A DNA stretch of 64,000 nt from Octopus vulgaris (lineage: Eukaryota): NCBI GenBank assembly GCA_951406725.2, contig OX597826.1, positions 83,638,001 to 83,702,000 of the forward strand, given 5' to 3'. The notes under the pieces were generated by a model. That model had not been told where the DNA came from and did no database searches. It worked only from the letters and a program-made list of their open reading frames with translations. Numbering within the stretch: position 1 is the stretch's first letter; each line of letters opens with the position of its first letter. This document shows, one piece after another, positions 50,149-62,443 of the stretch. Made by a program: the position numbers and the translations under genes.

Positions 50149-50742
50149 GAGTGAGAGAGCAGTTCATGCCATCAAAGTGACACTGGGGTAAAATATACGA
50201 AGCCCAATATACCCATCATGATTACCCGTCTGATAAGGGCACACCAGGCACATGCATCACAACCATATGTGCGCGACATGGTGATCTCATATCAAGATAA
50301 ACAGCATATGACCTTGCAGGTGGGACCCAGTTAGAATTTTCTTCAGGTTGAGTAGCCCATCCCGCTCAAACGGTCCCTGAATAAGGGTTGTTTAAGGATG
50401 TTGAAAGAACCACCCATGTTTCCAGAGGTGAATTATTCAAACCCCAAAGAATCCCTCTCAACACATGGCTATGATGCTCCCCCACTACTTCTGCTTGTGA
50501 TCAGAGATGCACATATCGTCAGCCACTAAGGGACATGCTCAACTGGTTAGGTCAAAGAACTGACAAGCAAATCTGTGGTATTGAGCAGAATATTTGCTGT
50601 AGCCCATCTTTTATAGCAAGACAAAACAATGTACATGATAACACTTCCAATCAGTGAAGATCAGAAGCCATGAGAGCCACTGCCTGGTACTGCATCAGGG
50701 CATTTATTTACTGCATCAGGGCATGGTACTGCATCAGGGCAT
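50149..50742 (-). mobile_element. (TAA)n-associated non-coding element, apparently full length, with triplicated end
   Basis: (ATT)n on both sides; TACTGCATCAGGGCAT x3 at 50688-50742. Confidence 0.85.
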
Positions 50743-50904
50743 TTATTATTATTATTATTATTACTACTATTATTATTATTACTACTATTATTATTATTAT
50801 TATTATTATTAATACTATTATTATTATTATTATTATTATTACTATTATTATTATTATCATTACTACTATTATTATTACTACTACTATTATTATTATTACT
50901 ACTA

Positions 50905-50935
<31 letters not shown>

Positions 50936-50984
50936 TATTATTATTATTATTACTACTATTATTATTATTATTATTATTATCATA

Positions 50985-51046
<62 letters not shown>

Positions 51047-51055
51047 TACTACTAC

Positions 51056-51088
<33 letters not shown>

Positions 51089-51152
51089 CATTATTATTAT
51101 TACTACTATTATTATTATTATTATTATTATCATCATCATCATCATCATCATT
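50743..51152. repeat. (ATT)/(ACT)/(ATC) compound microsatellite
   Basis: Seen directly. Confidence 0.98.
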
Positions 51153-51390
51153 TAGCGTCCGCTTTCCATGCTAGCATGGGTTGGACGGGTCAACTGGGGT
51201 CTGTGAAGCTGGAAGGCTTCGTCAGGCCCAGTCAGATCCGGCAGTGTTTCTACGGCTGGATGCCCTTCCTAACGCCAACCACTCCGCGAGTGTAGTGGGT
51301 GTTTTTTACGTGCCACCTGCACAGGTGCCAGACAGAGCTGGCGAACGGCCATGAACGGATGGTGCTTTTACGTGTCACCGGCACGGGGCC
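51130..51390 (-). mobile_element. RTE 3' end, young copy
   Basis: Near-identical to 2690-2870. Confidence 0.9.
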
Positions 51391-51396
51391 ATCATA

Positions 51397-51431
<35 letters not shown>

Positions 51432-51710
51432 TATTAAGTATGGTTTCTCTCATCCTTCTCAATGAAGCTGTCTTTTAGTTGTCAGGAAAGTAATTAAAGT
51501 TAGAAACAATTCTCCAAGATTTAATCTCAGATCTTTGATGTATTTTCAGGTTCTCCAGTAACAAAATCCTTGCAACAAGTCTCACAAGAAGAAAAAAAGG
51601 CTAAACAACAACAACAAAAATAACAAAATCAAAAGAGATAAAAAAATAGACTTTGAGACTAATAGAATTACTTAATCACTCAATTATAATGAAGGTTCTT
51701 TCTCTTACTT

Positions 51711-51746
<36 letters not shown>

Positions 51747-52164
51747 ACCCTTTCTCTTCCTCTCATACACACAATCTTTTAATCCCTCTTTTCTGAAACC
51801 TCATCACACATACACCCAGCCCCAGCCCCCCACCACCACCCCAAACACACACACACACAACATCCCCCTTTGCATACACACCAAAAACAACAACAATTCC
51901 TCTACCCCTCACCCCTTCCACACTCCAAAATGTCGATGAGAAAACGTTTACGTGGCCACCAGACTTGCTAGAAACAACAGTAAACTTTCCTTCAACTCCT
52001 TAAACAACAAAACTGAAAATGAATTCTAAAAGTAGAGTGGTTAAAAATAAGATGGTAAAGTCATGGCTGGAATGTCTTTGAACCAAGGTCTGCCTGATCA
52101 GAGTTGATCTGGACTAAACAGCAACAACAACAGTAACAACAACTCCCATACAATCTAGCTGCAG

Positions 52165-52294
52165 AGTCGTGGCTGTGTAGTTAAAAAGCCTGCTTTGCAC
52201 CCACATGGACTTGGGTTCAGTCTCACTGCACAGCACATGGGCCAAGTATCTTCTACTTTTAAGGGGATTTCGCAGATGGAAACTGTGTGGAAGC
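52165..52294 (+). mobile_element. SINE family A head
   Basis: GTGGCTGTGTAGTT..GGGTTCAGTCTCACTGC. Confidence 0.75.
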
Positions 52295-52761
52295 CCGGCA
52301 ATGGCCATGCTCAAATGGTGTTTTTACGTGCCACCTGCACAGGAGCCAGTCCAGCGGCGCTGGCAATGACCTCGCTTGAATGTTTTTTCACGTGCCACTG
52401 GCACAGGTGCCAGTAAGGCAATGCTGATAATGATCCCACTCGAATGGTGCTTTTTATGTGCCACCGGCATGGAAGCCAATCAGCTGCTCTGGCAATGATC
52501 ACGCTCAGATGGTGCTCTTAGCGTTCCACTAGCACAGATGCCAGTCATGCGGTGCTGTCATTTCCTCAACAGGTCTTTGCAAGCAGAGTTTAGTGTCCAA
52601 TGAAGGAAAGGGTAGGCATAAGTGGGCTGGTTACACCCCTGGCATAGGCCATGAGGTTATGGTCTCACTTGGCTTGCCAGGTCTTCTCAAGCACAGCATA
52701 CTTCCAAAGGTCTTGGCCACTGGTCATTGTTCAAAGGTCATGCTTCACCACCTCATCCCAT
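52295..52761 (-). mobile_element. RTE ORF end plus 3' UTR
   Basis: WDEVVKHDL..DLWKYAVLEKTWQAK* followed by the UTR repeat units. Confidence 0.88.
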
Positions 52762-53118
52762 GAGGAGGAGGATGAGGATGATGTTGCTGTTGCTGCTGCT
52801 GATGATGATGATGAGGAGGAGGATGAGGATGATGTTGCTGTTGCTGCTGCTGATGATGATGATGATGATGAGGAGGAGGATGAGGATGATGTTGCTGTTG
52901 CTGCTGCTACTGCTGATGATGATGTTGTTGTTGCTGCTGTTGCTGCTACTGCTGCTGCTGATGATGATGAGGATGATGTTGCTGTTGCTGCTGCTGCTGC
53001 TGCTGATGATGATGATGATGAGGATGAGGATGATGTTGCTGTTGCTGCTGCTGATGATGATGATGAGGAGGAGGAGGAGGAGGATGATGATGATGTTACT
53101 GTTGTTGTTGTTGTTGTT
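52762..53118. repeat. Higher-order trinucleotide repeat (GAG/GAT/GTT/GCT blocks)
   Basis: Recurring ~50-bp unit GAGGAGGAGGATGAGGATGATGTTGCTGTTGCTGCTGCT(GAT)n. Confidence 0.92.
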
Positions 53119-53377
53119 TCTCATTAATATTTCTGAAGAATTCCAAATGGCCTAAATCAGTAGAAGCGCCAGACAAATTCCTTTCCCTCTGAATGATTCC
53201 ATCCCTTTCCCCTGATGCAGGGATCGACTTAGCCTTCCACTTCTCCACCTTTAGGAATTGATAAAATTATTTCTAGTCAAAGTCTTCAGATTAATTAAAT
53301 TGATTTCGTCTTCCATTATTCTGAAGTCAATTCTACTCACAATACAACTGTGGGATCTTACCAAAGTTAGAAATTAA

Positions 53378-53381
53378 TAGC

Positions 53382-53464
<83 letters not shown>

Positions 53465-53474
53465 TAGTAGTAGT

Positions 53475-53573
<99 letters not shown>

Positions 53574-53588
53574 GGTGGTGGTAGTAGT
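53378..53588. repeat. (AGT)/(AGC)/(GGT) compound microsatellite
   Basis: Seen directly. Confidence 0.98.
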
Positions 53589-53962
53589 GCGAATGAGCTG
53601 GCAGAAGCGTCAACACACCAGGCAGGATGCTCAGCATCTTGTTGTCCATCTTAACATTCTGAGTTCAAATTCTGCTGAAGTTGACTTTGCCTATTAATCC
53701 TTTTAGGGTTGATAACATAAGTACCAGTTACTCACCAGGGGTCAATGTAATTGACTAGTCCCCTTCCCAAAAAGTTCCAGGCCTTGTGCCTATGGTAGAA
53801 ATTATTATTTGGGATTTTAGAGGAGGTGGGGGCTACTCTATTACATCAACCCCCAGTACTCAACTGGTATTTATTTTATTGTATGTGAAAGGATGAAAAG
53901 TAAAGTTGATGTTGGTGGAATTTGAACTCAGAACATTATGCTGACAAAATGCCGCTAAGCAT
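53589..53962. mobile_element. Two family B SINEs, tail-to-tail
   Basis: Plus copy 53589-53808; minus copy about 53812-53962. Confidence 0.8.
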
Positions 53963-54889
53963 TACCAAAGATGATGATGGCTGAAGATTATTATATTCAC
54001 GATTCTTTCACCTTAGTGGCATTTTCTAAAAGAATAAAAACTATAACAATAAGTTTGCTGAAGCTGCTAAACTTTGTTAAGCAGTTCCCATTAGTGAAAG
54101 AATTTGGCAAATATTTACCAAATGTTCCTCACAACCATTTCTCTGTTTAACCAACTTTCTGCTGCTACCTGTTAGCATTTTTATTATTTTTTTATTAGTT
54201 TGGTTTTTATTTCAATTTTTTTTTTTTTGTATATTTTCCTTTCAGAGTTCCATAACAGTTCATAAATTACCTGCGAAACTCAGCTCTTCCAGGAATGTAT
54301 TTAACCAGTTTGTGCTTCCAGTCCAGTGATCTTTAACCTGCTTTTTCAAAAAACAGTGTTTTAATCAGGTTTGTTTTGAGTTATTTTTGGAAAAAAAATT
54401 ACAAAAGTAGAACCTACCTTTCATAATGGATGTAGGCCCACTTGCTTGCTCAAGAAGATTGCTTCAATACCCCATGGTTTTGAGTTCAATTCCCATCTTG
54501 GACAAGAATCTTCTGCAATAGCTACAAATTAACTGAAACCTTGTAAGTGATATTTGGTTGGTAGAAACTGCATTGAAACCTACCAGAAAGACCATTCCTG
54601 TTCAGTTTATCACCAGCACCTGGGCTTTGAGTACCATTTGCTGAATACAGTCTCTGGTATGGAGGCCAGGGTTCTGATCAGAGGAGAACTTTATCTCTCC
54701 TCCCACCCCATTAGGGACAGAGACCCCATATAGGGTCAGAAACACTGCCTTTCGTTTTTGATGAGATCACTAAAACAGAAAAGCATTTAAATATAGCAAA
54801 TGCTGTTACATAGTTTGGGTGATATACACACTACAGTACCACTGGGGGGGGGGGGGTATATATAGGGAGGGAGTGTATGTATTTATGTG

Positions 54890-55115
54890 TGTGTGTGTCT
54901 GTGTGTGTTTGTGTGTGTGTTTATATTTGTCCCCCAACACTCCTTGACAAACAGAGCTGGTTTGTCTCTATCCCTATAACTTAGCAGTTCAACAGAAGAC
55001 ATCAATAGAATAAGTCCTAAGCTTAATAAATAAGTACTGGGGTTCAAGTTAATCTCTTGAAGCAGTGCCCCAGCATGGCCACAGTCCAATGGCTGAAACA
55101 AGTGAAAAAGATTAA
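54890..55115 (+). mobile_element. SINE family A 3' half
   Basis: TTTGTCCCCC..TAACTTAGCAGTTC..CAGCATGGCCACAGTC. Confidence 0.85.
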
Positions 55116-55126
55116 AACATTATATA

Positions 55127-55188
55127 AGGCGCAGGAGTGGCTGTGTGGTAAGTAGCTTGCTTACCAACCACATGTTTCCAGGTTCAGT
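55127..55188 (+). mobile_element. SINE family A head (continues at ~56463)
   Basis: AGGCGCAGGAGTGGCTGTGTGGTAAGTAG..GGTTCAGTC. Confidence 0.85.
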
Positions 55189-55194
55189 CGGTTG

Positions 55195-55802
55195 TTCTGA
55201 AATCCAAGGTACTTTGAATGAGCCGGGGCTATGTGGAACTGGTGCAGGAAGCAGCCCAGGTCTTTGCAGTCACAGTATATCTCCAGAGATCTCGGTCCTT
55301 CATCATTGCCTCTGTGAGGCCCAACACTCTGAGGTCATGCTTGACCACCTCATCCCATATCTTCCTGGGTCTACCTTTCCCCTTGATACTTTCAACTGTT
55401 TGGGAGCGGCACTTCTTCACACATCTCTCCTCATCCATCCGCAGTACATGACCATACCATCGCAAGCATCGCTCTTGCACACCACATCTGATGCTTCTTA
55501 TGTCCAGCATTTCTCTCAGGGTGCTTACACTCTGTCGTGCATTCACACTGACATTACACATCCAGCGGATCATGTTAGCTTCATTTCTTTCAAGTCTACG
55601 CATGTCCTCTGCAGTCACAGCCCATGTTTCACTACCGTGAAGCATGGCGGTTCGCACACAAGCATCATACAATCTACCTTTCACTCTGAGCGAGAGACCC
55701 TTTGTCACCAGTAGGGGTAAGAGCTTTCTAAACTTTGCCCAGGCTATTCGTATTCTAGTGGTGACACTCTCTGAGCATCCACCTCCACTACTAACTTGGT
55801 CA
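55195..55802 (-). mobile_element. RTE LINE C-terminal fragment, open frame
   Basis: RIRIAWAKF..LYDACVRTAMLHGSETW..LRWYGHVLRM..GRPRKIW. Confidence 0.93.
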
Positions 55803-55879
55803 TGTATGTATGTATGAATGTGTGTATGTATGTATGTATGTGTGTATGTATGTATACATACATATAAATACATGCATAT

Positions 55880-56386
55880 ATAGACAACATATTCTCAATT
55901 ATAAAATAATGTACATTTAAACACAAGAGAAAATTGCCTTTAACAGGCAGTTTTTACATGCTAGAAGAAGTAGTCAAAACGACCAAAACCATATTTAAGA
56001 GCAATCTTCCAAAGGAATGAAAAATAAAAATTTTTACCTTCTTATTTTATTCTGGTCTGACCTAGGTTTCTAAATTTTTTTAGCAAATAAAATAATTTGC
56101 TAGGCAAAATTTTTCATCAATGACCGCGCCATAACACTAGCATATAATTAAGAGACGATTAACACGTGTCTCTTCGTTTTACATTATAATATTTCAAATT
56201 CACTACGCAAGGGCAGTATCAATCGGCAGTAAATGAATGATTACCTTTTTCATTCCTTTTGAAGATTGCTCTTAAATGTGGTTTTGGTCATTTTGACTAC
56301 TTCTTCTAGCGTGTAAAAACTGTTGAAGACAGTTTTCTCTAGCGTTTCAATGTACACTATTTTATATTTGAGAATCTGTTGTCTAT
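55880..56386. mobile_element. Foldback/MITE-like element with ~145-bp imperfect inverted repeats
   Basis: 55880-56024 vs 56246-56386. Confidence 0.85.
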
Positions 56387-56462
56387 TGACTTTTTATACA
56401 TGCTGAGCCACTAGTGGTGAATTTTCAAAAAACTCACCAGCCTATATATATTTTACGTACAA

Positions 56463-56543
56463 GCATGGCACCTTGGGCAAGTGTCTTCTGGTATGGAGGC
56501 CAGGATTTGGTAGACGGAAACTGAAAGAAGCCCATCGTGTATA

Positions 56544-56596
<53 letters not shown>

Positions 56597-56815
56597 GTGT
56601 GTGTATATGTTTGTGTATTTGTATTTGTTCCCCCAACATCGCTTGACAACTGATGCTGGTGTGTTTACGTCCCCCATAACTTAGCGGTTCAGCAAAAGAG
56701 ACTGATGGAATAAGTACTAGGCTTACAAAGACTAAGTCCTGAGGTCGATTTGCTCGACTAAAGGCGGTGCTCCAGCATGGCCACAGTCACATGACTGAAA
56801 CAAGTAAAAGAGAGA
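56463..56815 (+). mobile_element. SINE family A body and tail
   Basis: GCATGGCACCTTGGGCAAGTGTC..GTGCTCCAGCATGGCCACAGTC..AAAAGAG. Confidence 0.9.
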
Positions 56816-56858
56816 GCATATATATGTGTGTGTGTGAGAGAGAGAGAGAGTGTGTATG

Positions 56859-56889
<31 letters not shown>

Positions 56890-57016
56890 GTGTGTGTGTA
56901 TGTATGTATGTATGTATGTATGTGTGTATGTATGTATGTAAGTGTGTGTGTATGTATGTAAGTGTGTGTGTATGTATGTATGTATGTATGTATGTAAGTG
57001 TGTGTGTATGTATATA

Positions 57017-57523
57017 CAGGGTCTTGCAGATAAATTGAGACAAATTCTAAGCAGTTGACTCTGGATGGGGCAGAAGTCTGGGCTTGACAATGTGATGCTT
57101 ATCCAGGAATCTGCACCATGCCATGGGTCAAAAGCAACACAGGTTTTCCTTGATGAGAAGGTGCCATTTTTTTGTGAGGCCCAACATCTGGCCCAGTAAT
57201 GGCCCAGATCTCAACCTTCTCAATTACTTTTTACTTCATTCAATGACCAATGTTTCACCACATTCGAGTGTCAACAGTTTGAAGCCCTGAATCGTGCATG
57301 TGACATGCAAAAGCTAAACGTGGAGAGGTTGCAGCAGCTGCAAAAAAGTTTCGCTCTTGTGTGGGGGCAGAAATTACCGAAAAGGGCAGCCATATTGAGT
57401 GATAAAGGTTTTTGTTGTAATGAATGTTACATTAAAATTATGTCTGTCTTCTGCCATTATCTTAGTATTTATGACCAGTTTTATGCAGCATGAAAATTGT
57501 CTCAATCTATCAGCAAGACCCTG
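57017..57523 (+). mobile_element. Internally deleted Tc1/mariner-superfamily element (maT/DD37D-like)
   Basis: TIRs CAGGGTCTTGCAGATAAATTGAGACAA / TTGTCTCAATCTATCAGCAAGACCCTG, TA flanks, QESAPCH..WPSNGPDLNLLNY. Confidence 0.88.
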
Positions 57524-57619
57524 TATGTGTGTGTGTGTCTGCATGTGTGTGTGCGTGCATGTGTGTGTGTGTGTGTGTAAGTGTGCATGCATGCGCGCGT
57601 GTGTGTGCATGTGTGTTTG

Positions 57620-57656
<37 letters not shown>

Positions 57657-58433
57657 CTGAGCTCATCTCAGAGTTGTTTGTACAATAAATATTCCAGTGA
57701 CTGAGTCTGTCTGAGAAAGCCTGAACAACTGAGGACTTAAAATCAGAGAAATGTTACCTTCGGTTTATTGCAGCCAACCTTCGATGTCTGTTGCTTGCTG
57801 ATTCTTAAGAAATTGGGATGGAAAAGTCACAAGAACCCTAAAATCACATAATCTCATATCCTGTTCAACTTTCAGTGGAAGGGATTACTGGAAGCCACCT
57901 CATTTCTCAAGAAGCATACCATTATGAGCAATCCAATTGAGGCCACAAGCACCCAACGAAGAACATTAGTACAACTAACAGGTCTCTCATTCCTTACTCC
58001 CACACATGAAAAAAGAAATAAATAAAATCACAAAATACCACATTAAACACACAGAGAAATTAGAATGGCAACCGAGTTCTGCTTCTAAGGAACCAGAATG
58101 AGTGCAGAAAATAGAAGAAACTTATATGTTTTTCTACTTTTATTTGTTTTTTGGTTTGTTCTTTATTATTGAGGTCAGACTTCCTCCATTTAATCTTTTT
58201 GTAAACAGCCTGGCCTCGTTAGAACATGAAGCCTCCTTTAAAAGAAATTAAAAAGAAAGAAGGAGTGACTGTATGAATGAATGAAAAAGAAAATGAAGGA
58301 GGAAAGAGCAGGTGGGGGGGCACTAATATTGTGGGGATGGGGGAGTTGATCTACTTCCTGTTCATTCAGAATTCTTACCCAGAAGACTCTGCTTGACCTC
58401 CCTATTTTACTTCCTGTTTGTGAATTATAAAGC

Positions 58434-58509
58434 TGATGATAATGACACTGAGAATGATGATGATGATGACAATGACGATGACGATGATGATGACGATGAT
58501 GATGACGAC

Positions 58510-58556
<47 letters not shown>

Positions 58557-58578
58557 CGATGACGATGATGATGATGAT
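58434..58578. repeat. (GAT)/(GAC) microsatellite
   Basis: Seen directly. Confidence 0.97.
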
Positions 58579-58844
58579 AGAGAGGTGTGGTCAAGGTGTT
58601 CCAAAGAATTATGAGCAAAAATTCAAAAGAAAATATTTTGTTTCCTTTTAGTGTCCAAGGGTTCCTGTTATTAAAAGAATGCGAGATTTATAAAGAATTA
58701 TTTGAAGGTCTACACATTCTTTAGGTGCTGGGACAATTCCTCCCCCCCCCCCGGTTATTTTGTCGTTGGTTAATTTGTCCCCAGTCCTTTAAAATAGACG
58801 TCTTTTAATTCAGACATTCATTCTTCCATTTTTCCTACGATCTC

Positions 58845-58950
58845 CACGAATTGACTGACGATGAATTGACCCAGAGATGCATTGACCAGTGATGAATTGA
58901 CCGGAGACAAATTGAACGATGCAAACTACTGTCGATGAATTAACTAGACA
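58845..58950. repeat. Degenerate ~15-bp tandem repeat GA(T/C)GAATTGACCNGN
   Basis: About 7 units visible; probably internal to a DNA-transposon-like repeat. Confidence 0.7.
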
Positions 58951-59137
58951 CCATTCTTTGTAATTCAGTTAAATGACAGATTGAAACAAATATTCTGGTT
59001 GTCAACTATTATGGAATTATATTTTCTTCCAACAAATGTATGTTCAAGATATTGGTTTCTGATTTTGGTACAGGGCCAGCAATTTTGGTGAAGGATTAAA
59101 TCGGCCTCAGTGTTCCACTGGAATTTATTTTATCAAT

Positions 59138-60185
59138 GAGAGCTCTTACCTCTGCTGGTGACAAAAGGCCTCTCGCTCAGAGTAAAAGGCAGACTGTATG
59201 ACACGTGTGTACGAACAGCCATGCTACATGGCAGGGAAACATGGGCCGTGACTGCTGAGGATATGCTTAAGCTCGCAAGAAATGAAGCCAGTATGCTCCG
59301 ATGAATGTGTAATGTCAGTGTTCATACTCGACAGAGTGTAAGTACCTTGAGAGAAAAGTTGGACCTAAGAAGCATCAGTTGTGGTGTGCAAGAGAGACGT
59401 TTGTGCTGGTATGATGATGTGGCGAGAATGGGTGAAGATTGTTGTGTGAAAAAGTGCCACACCCTAGCGGTTGAGGGAACCTGTGGAAGAGGTAGACCCA
59501 GGAAAACTTGGGACAAGGTGGTGAAGCACAACCTTCGAACTTTAGGTCTCACTGAGAAAATTACTAGAGACCGAGACCTTTGGAAGTATGCTGTGCGTGA
59601 GAAGACCCGGCAGGAAAAGTGAGACCATAACCCGTGGCCTCTACATGGGATGTAGCCAGTCCACTTATGCATACCTTTCCTTCTTGGTACACAAAACTCT
59701 ACTTGTGAAAACCTGTTGAGGCAAGTGAGAATCGAAATCGATCAACATCAATGGAAATTGCAGCTGTGATACCAGTGCCCATGGCACATAAGAGAACCAT
59801 CCGAACATGGCCGTTGCCAGCGCTGCTCCGACTGGCCTCGTGCCGGTGGCACGTAAAAAGCACCATCCGTTCATGGCCATTGCCAGCCTCACCTGTCCCC
59901 CGTGCCGGTGGCACGTAAAAAGCACCATTCGATCATGGCCGTTTGCCAGCCTCATCTGGCACGTAAAAAGCACCATCCGATCATGGCCGTTTGCCATCCT
60001 CGTCTGGCACCTGTGCCGGTGGCATGTAAAAAGCACCCACTACACTCACGGAGTGGTTGGCGTTAGGAAGGGCATCCAGCTGTAGAAACATTGCCAGATC
60101 AAACTGGGCCTGGTGCAGCCTTCTGGCTTCCCAGACCCCAGTTGAACTGTCCAACCCATGCTAGCATGGAAAGTGGACGCTAAAC

Positions 60186-60214
<29 letters not shown>
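59138..60214 (+). mobile_element. 5'-truncated RTE LINE with complete 3' UTR and (GAT)n tail, inserted in a family B SINE
   Basis: ELLPLLVTKGLSLRVKGRLY..GRPRKTW..RQEK* (59622), then UTR and tail. SINE halves lie at 59051-59135 and 60215-60330. Confidence 0.95.
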
Positions 60215-60216
<2 letters not shown>

Positions 60217-60547
60217 CCTGAGAGGATGAAAGGCAAAGCTGACTTCCGTGGAATTTGAACTCTGAACATGAAGACAAGTGAAATGTCACTAAGCATTTTG
60301 CCTGGCATGCTAACAATTCTGCCAGCTGAAGGCCTTAAATTAGTTTAGGAATAATGCAATAGAAATTATTGCAGATGGGATGAGAAGATGGTAAGTGGCC
60401 TTCCAATCCCAAAATGTGTGTGTCTGTGTGTGTGTCTGTGTGTATGTCATTTTGCATAAAATGCTATGCCAAGACAGCAAGTAGACCATGGCTCAATAAA
60501 CGAATAGAGAGTGTGTATCTTTTATTGAGGATATTAATCCCAAAGGT

Positions 60548-60700
60548 GATGGCATGACTGTGTGGCAAGAAGTTTGTGTTCCTAATCACATTGTTCTGAG
60601 TTCAATCCCATTGTATGGTACCTTGAGCAAGTGCCTTTTACTACAGCCCCCCTCCACCCAGCAAACTAAATCATTGTGAGTGAATTTGGTAAATGGAAAC
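60548..60700 (+). mobile_element. SINE family A head, old copy
   Basis: ATGACTGTGTGG..GAGTTCAATCCC..CCTTGAGCAAGTG. Confidence 0.75.
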
Positions 60701-60977
60701 AAATAAAACAAAATGTGGAAGTGGAAAGAAATTTTTTATAGGATTTGTTTAGGAAAGAATCATTAAGAAAGTTCAATTGAAATCCATCTCACTTATCTAA
60801 AGCAAAACTCTGGCGGGAAAAATCTGTTGCCATAGAAATATGCAGGTAAGGAATGAATTTGTATTTACTCATTAATAAATTTTGAGAAGATCAAAGACTT
60901 CAAACAAGATTTTATATAAGCAGGTAGGAAGGTAAAAATCCCTTGTCTCATTATTGAATTGAGATCCTTTATAGAAG

Positions 60978-61150
60978 ATCATTATCATCATCATCATCAT
61001 TTAATGTTCAGGTGACATGATGGCATGGCTTGAGTGGTTCAACAGCATCCAGTGGGCCCAAGGACTGCACCCATGGTCAACTGTCTCTACACCTGGATGC
61101 CCTTCCTGATGCCAACCACTTTACAGCATAGACTGGGTGTTTTCTATGTG
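60978..61150 (-). mobile_element. Old RTE-tail copy followed by a purine-rich tract to ~61790
   Basis: (ATC)n..CTGGATGCCCTTCCTGATGCCAACCAC. Similar layout to 4105-5100. Confidence 0.7.
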
Positions 61151-62443
61151 ACACCAATATGGGTGATGTCAGCTTTATGCAAGAAGTATGAGAGAAGGGG
61201 CCAGTGTGGAACAGGTTTCTTGCTGTAAAGGGATCACATGGTCACTCATGTTTTAGAAGAGAGGGAGCAGGATGATCAAAGTAGCCCAGGAAAGAGATGA
61301 AATAGTGGGGATGAGGTGTCTGGGTGGACACTCAAGGTACAAGGTGAATAGAAGTGGGGAAGAGGCAGAAGACTCAGGAGTGCAAGTGGGAGGAGGTTGC
61401 AAGAATATAAGAGAGAGTGAGAGATGGGGAGTGGGTGAGAGGGGGGGGATGAATATAAGGATTGAAGAACAAGTGTTGAGTGGATGATGAGTGGAGGTGG
61501 TAGGGAATAGGTGGGGAACAACTGTATAGATTGGAGGGGATTGAGGGCAAATAGGGGAGTGGAGATGACCCCGATGGTGTAGGGGGTGGGGAGGAGTATC
61601 AGAGAGAAAGAGAGATGAGTGATTGTGTTGGTTGCCAGAGTAGGGGGGGCAGGAAAGAGAGAGAAGCAGTGGTGGTGGATGAGGGGAGCAAGAGATGTAT
61701 AATGGTGGAGGAGTTGAAATGATTTGGTGGCCCGTGGAGGGAGCCATGTAATGTGTGGGTGGAGCAGACAGCACTAAGGATGGGGGGTGTATATAATTTT
61801 ATATTAACAGAATATAATTAATGAGACATAATTAATTCCATTAGTTTGATGGGTGTTATATCTCAGTATCTGGGTTACGTACACAAATAATTTATAAATA
61901 TCAAGAATATATTATTTAACTGGAAGTTATGTCTTAAGTAGATTTCTAGAGGAAGTAATACATACAAGATGATACATTCAAGTTGAGTTAAAGATATATC
62001 TAAACGAAGGAGTCAGGAAAAAAATTTACCAAATAAGTGTCTGCTGATACAAGAATGAATGCAAAGTTTGAGAATCTTATCCCTGATTATGTTGAGGATT
62101 TTTTGTGTTAGAATGATGAAAAAGTTATTTTTCTGGAAAAGGGAACTTAGTTTAGCTTTATGAATTAGAATCATGCATTCTTGCTGTACAATTATAGTGG
62201 ACAATAAATGCTAAATCCGGTCGTAATACCTGAGATGGATACAGAGATGTTATCAAATATTTGGTTGGATGTAAATTTATCCTACAAAAGCAGCTCAAAG
62301 TTAAGAGGCAGGTGATTAGGTAGCAAATTGGAAAGATGTAGTTTGTTTTGTAGTGTACACTTGAGGGAAATTCCTCTCCTCTCTCTATTATATATACATA
62401 CGAACATAGAAGATAACAGCTAGCCTTTGGCCGCATTTTGGAC

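Noticed and set aside
50620-50703. HDV-like ribozyme at the 5' end of the TAA-associated element
   Set aside because: Hairpins are present, but the nested double pseudoknot and J4/2 catalytic C could not be fitted by eye.
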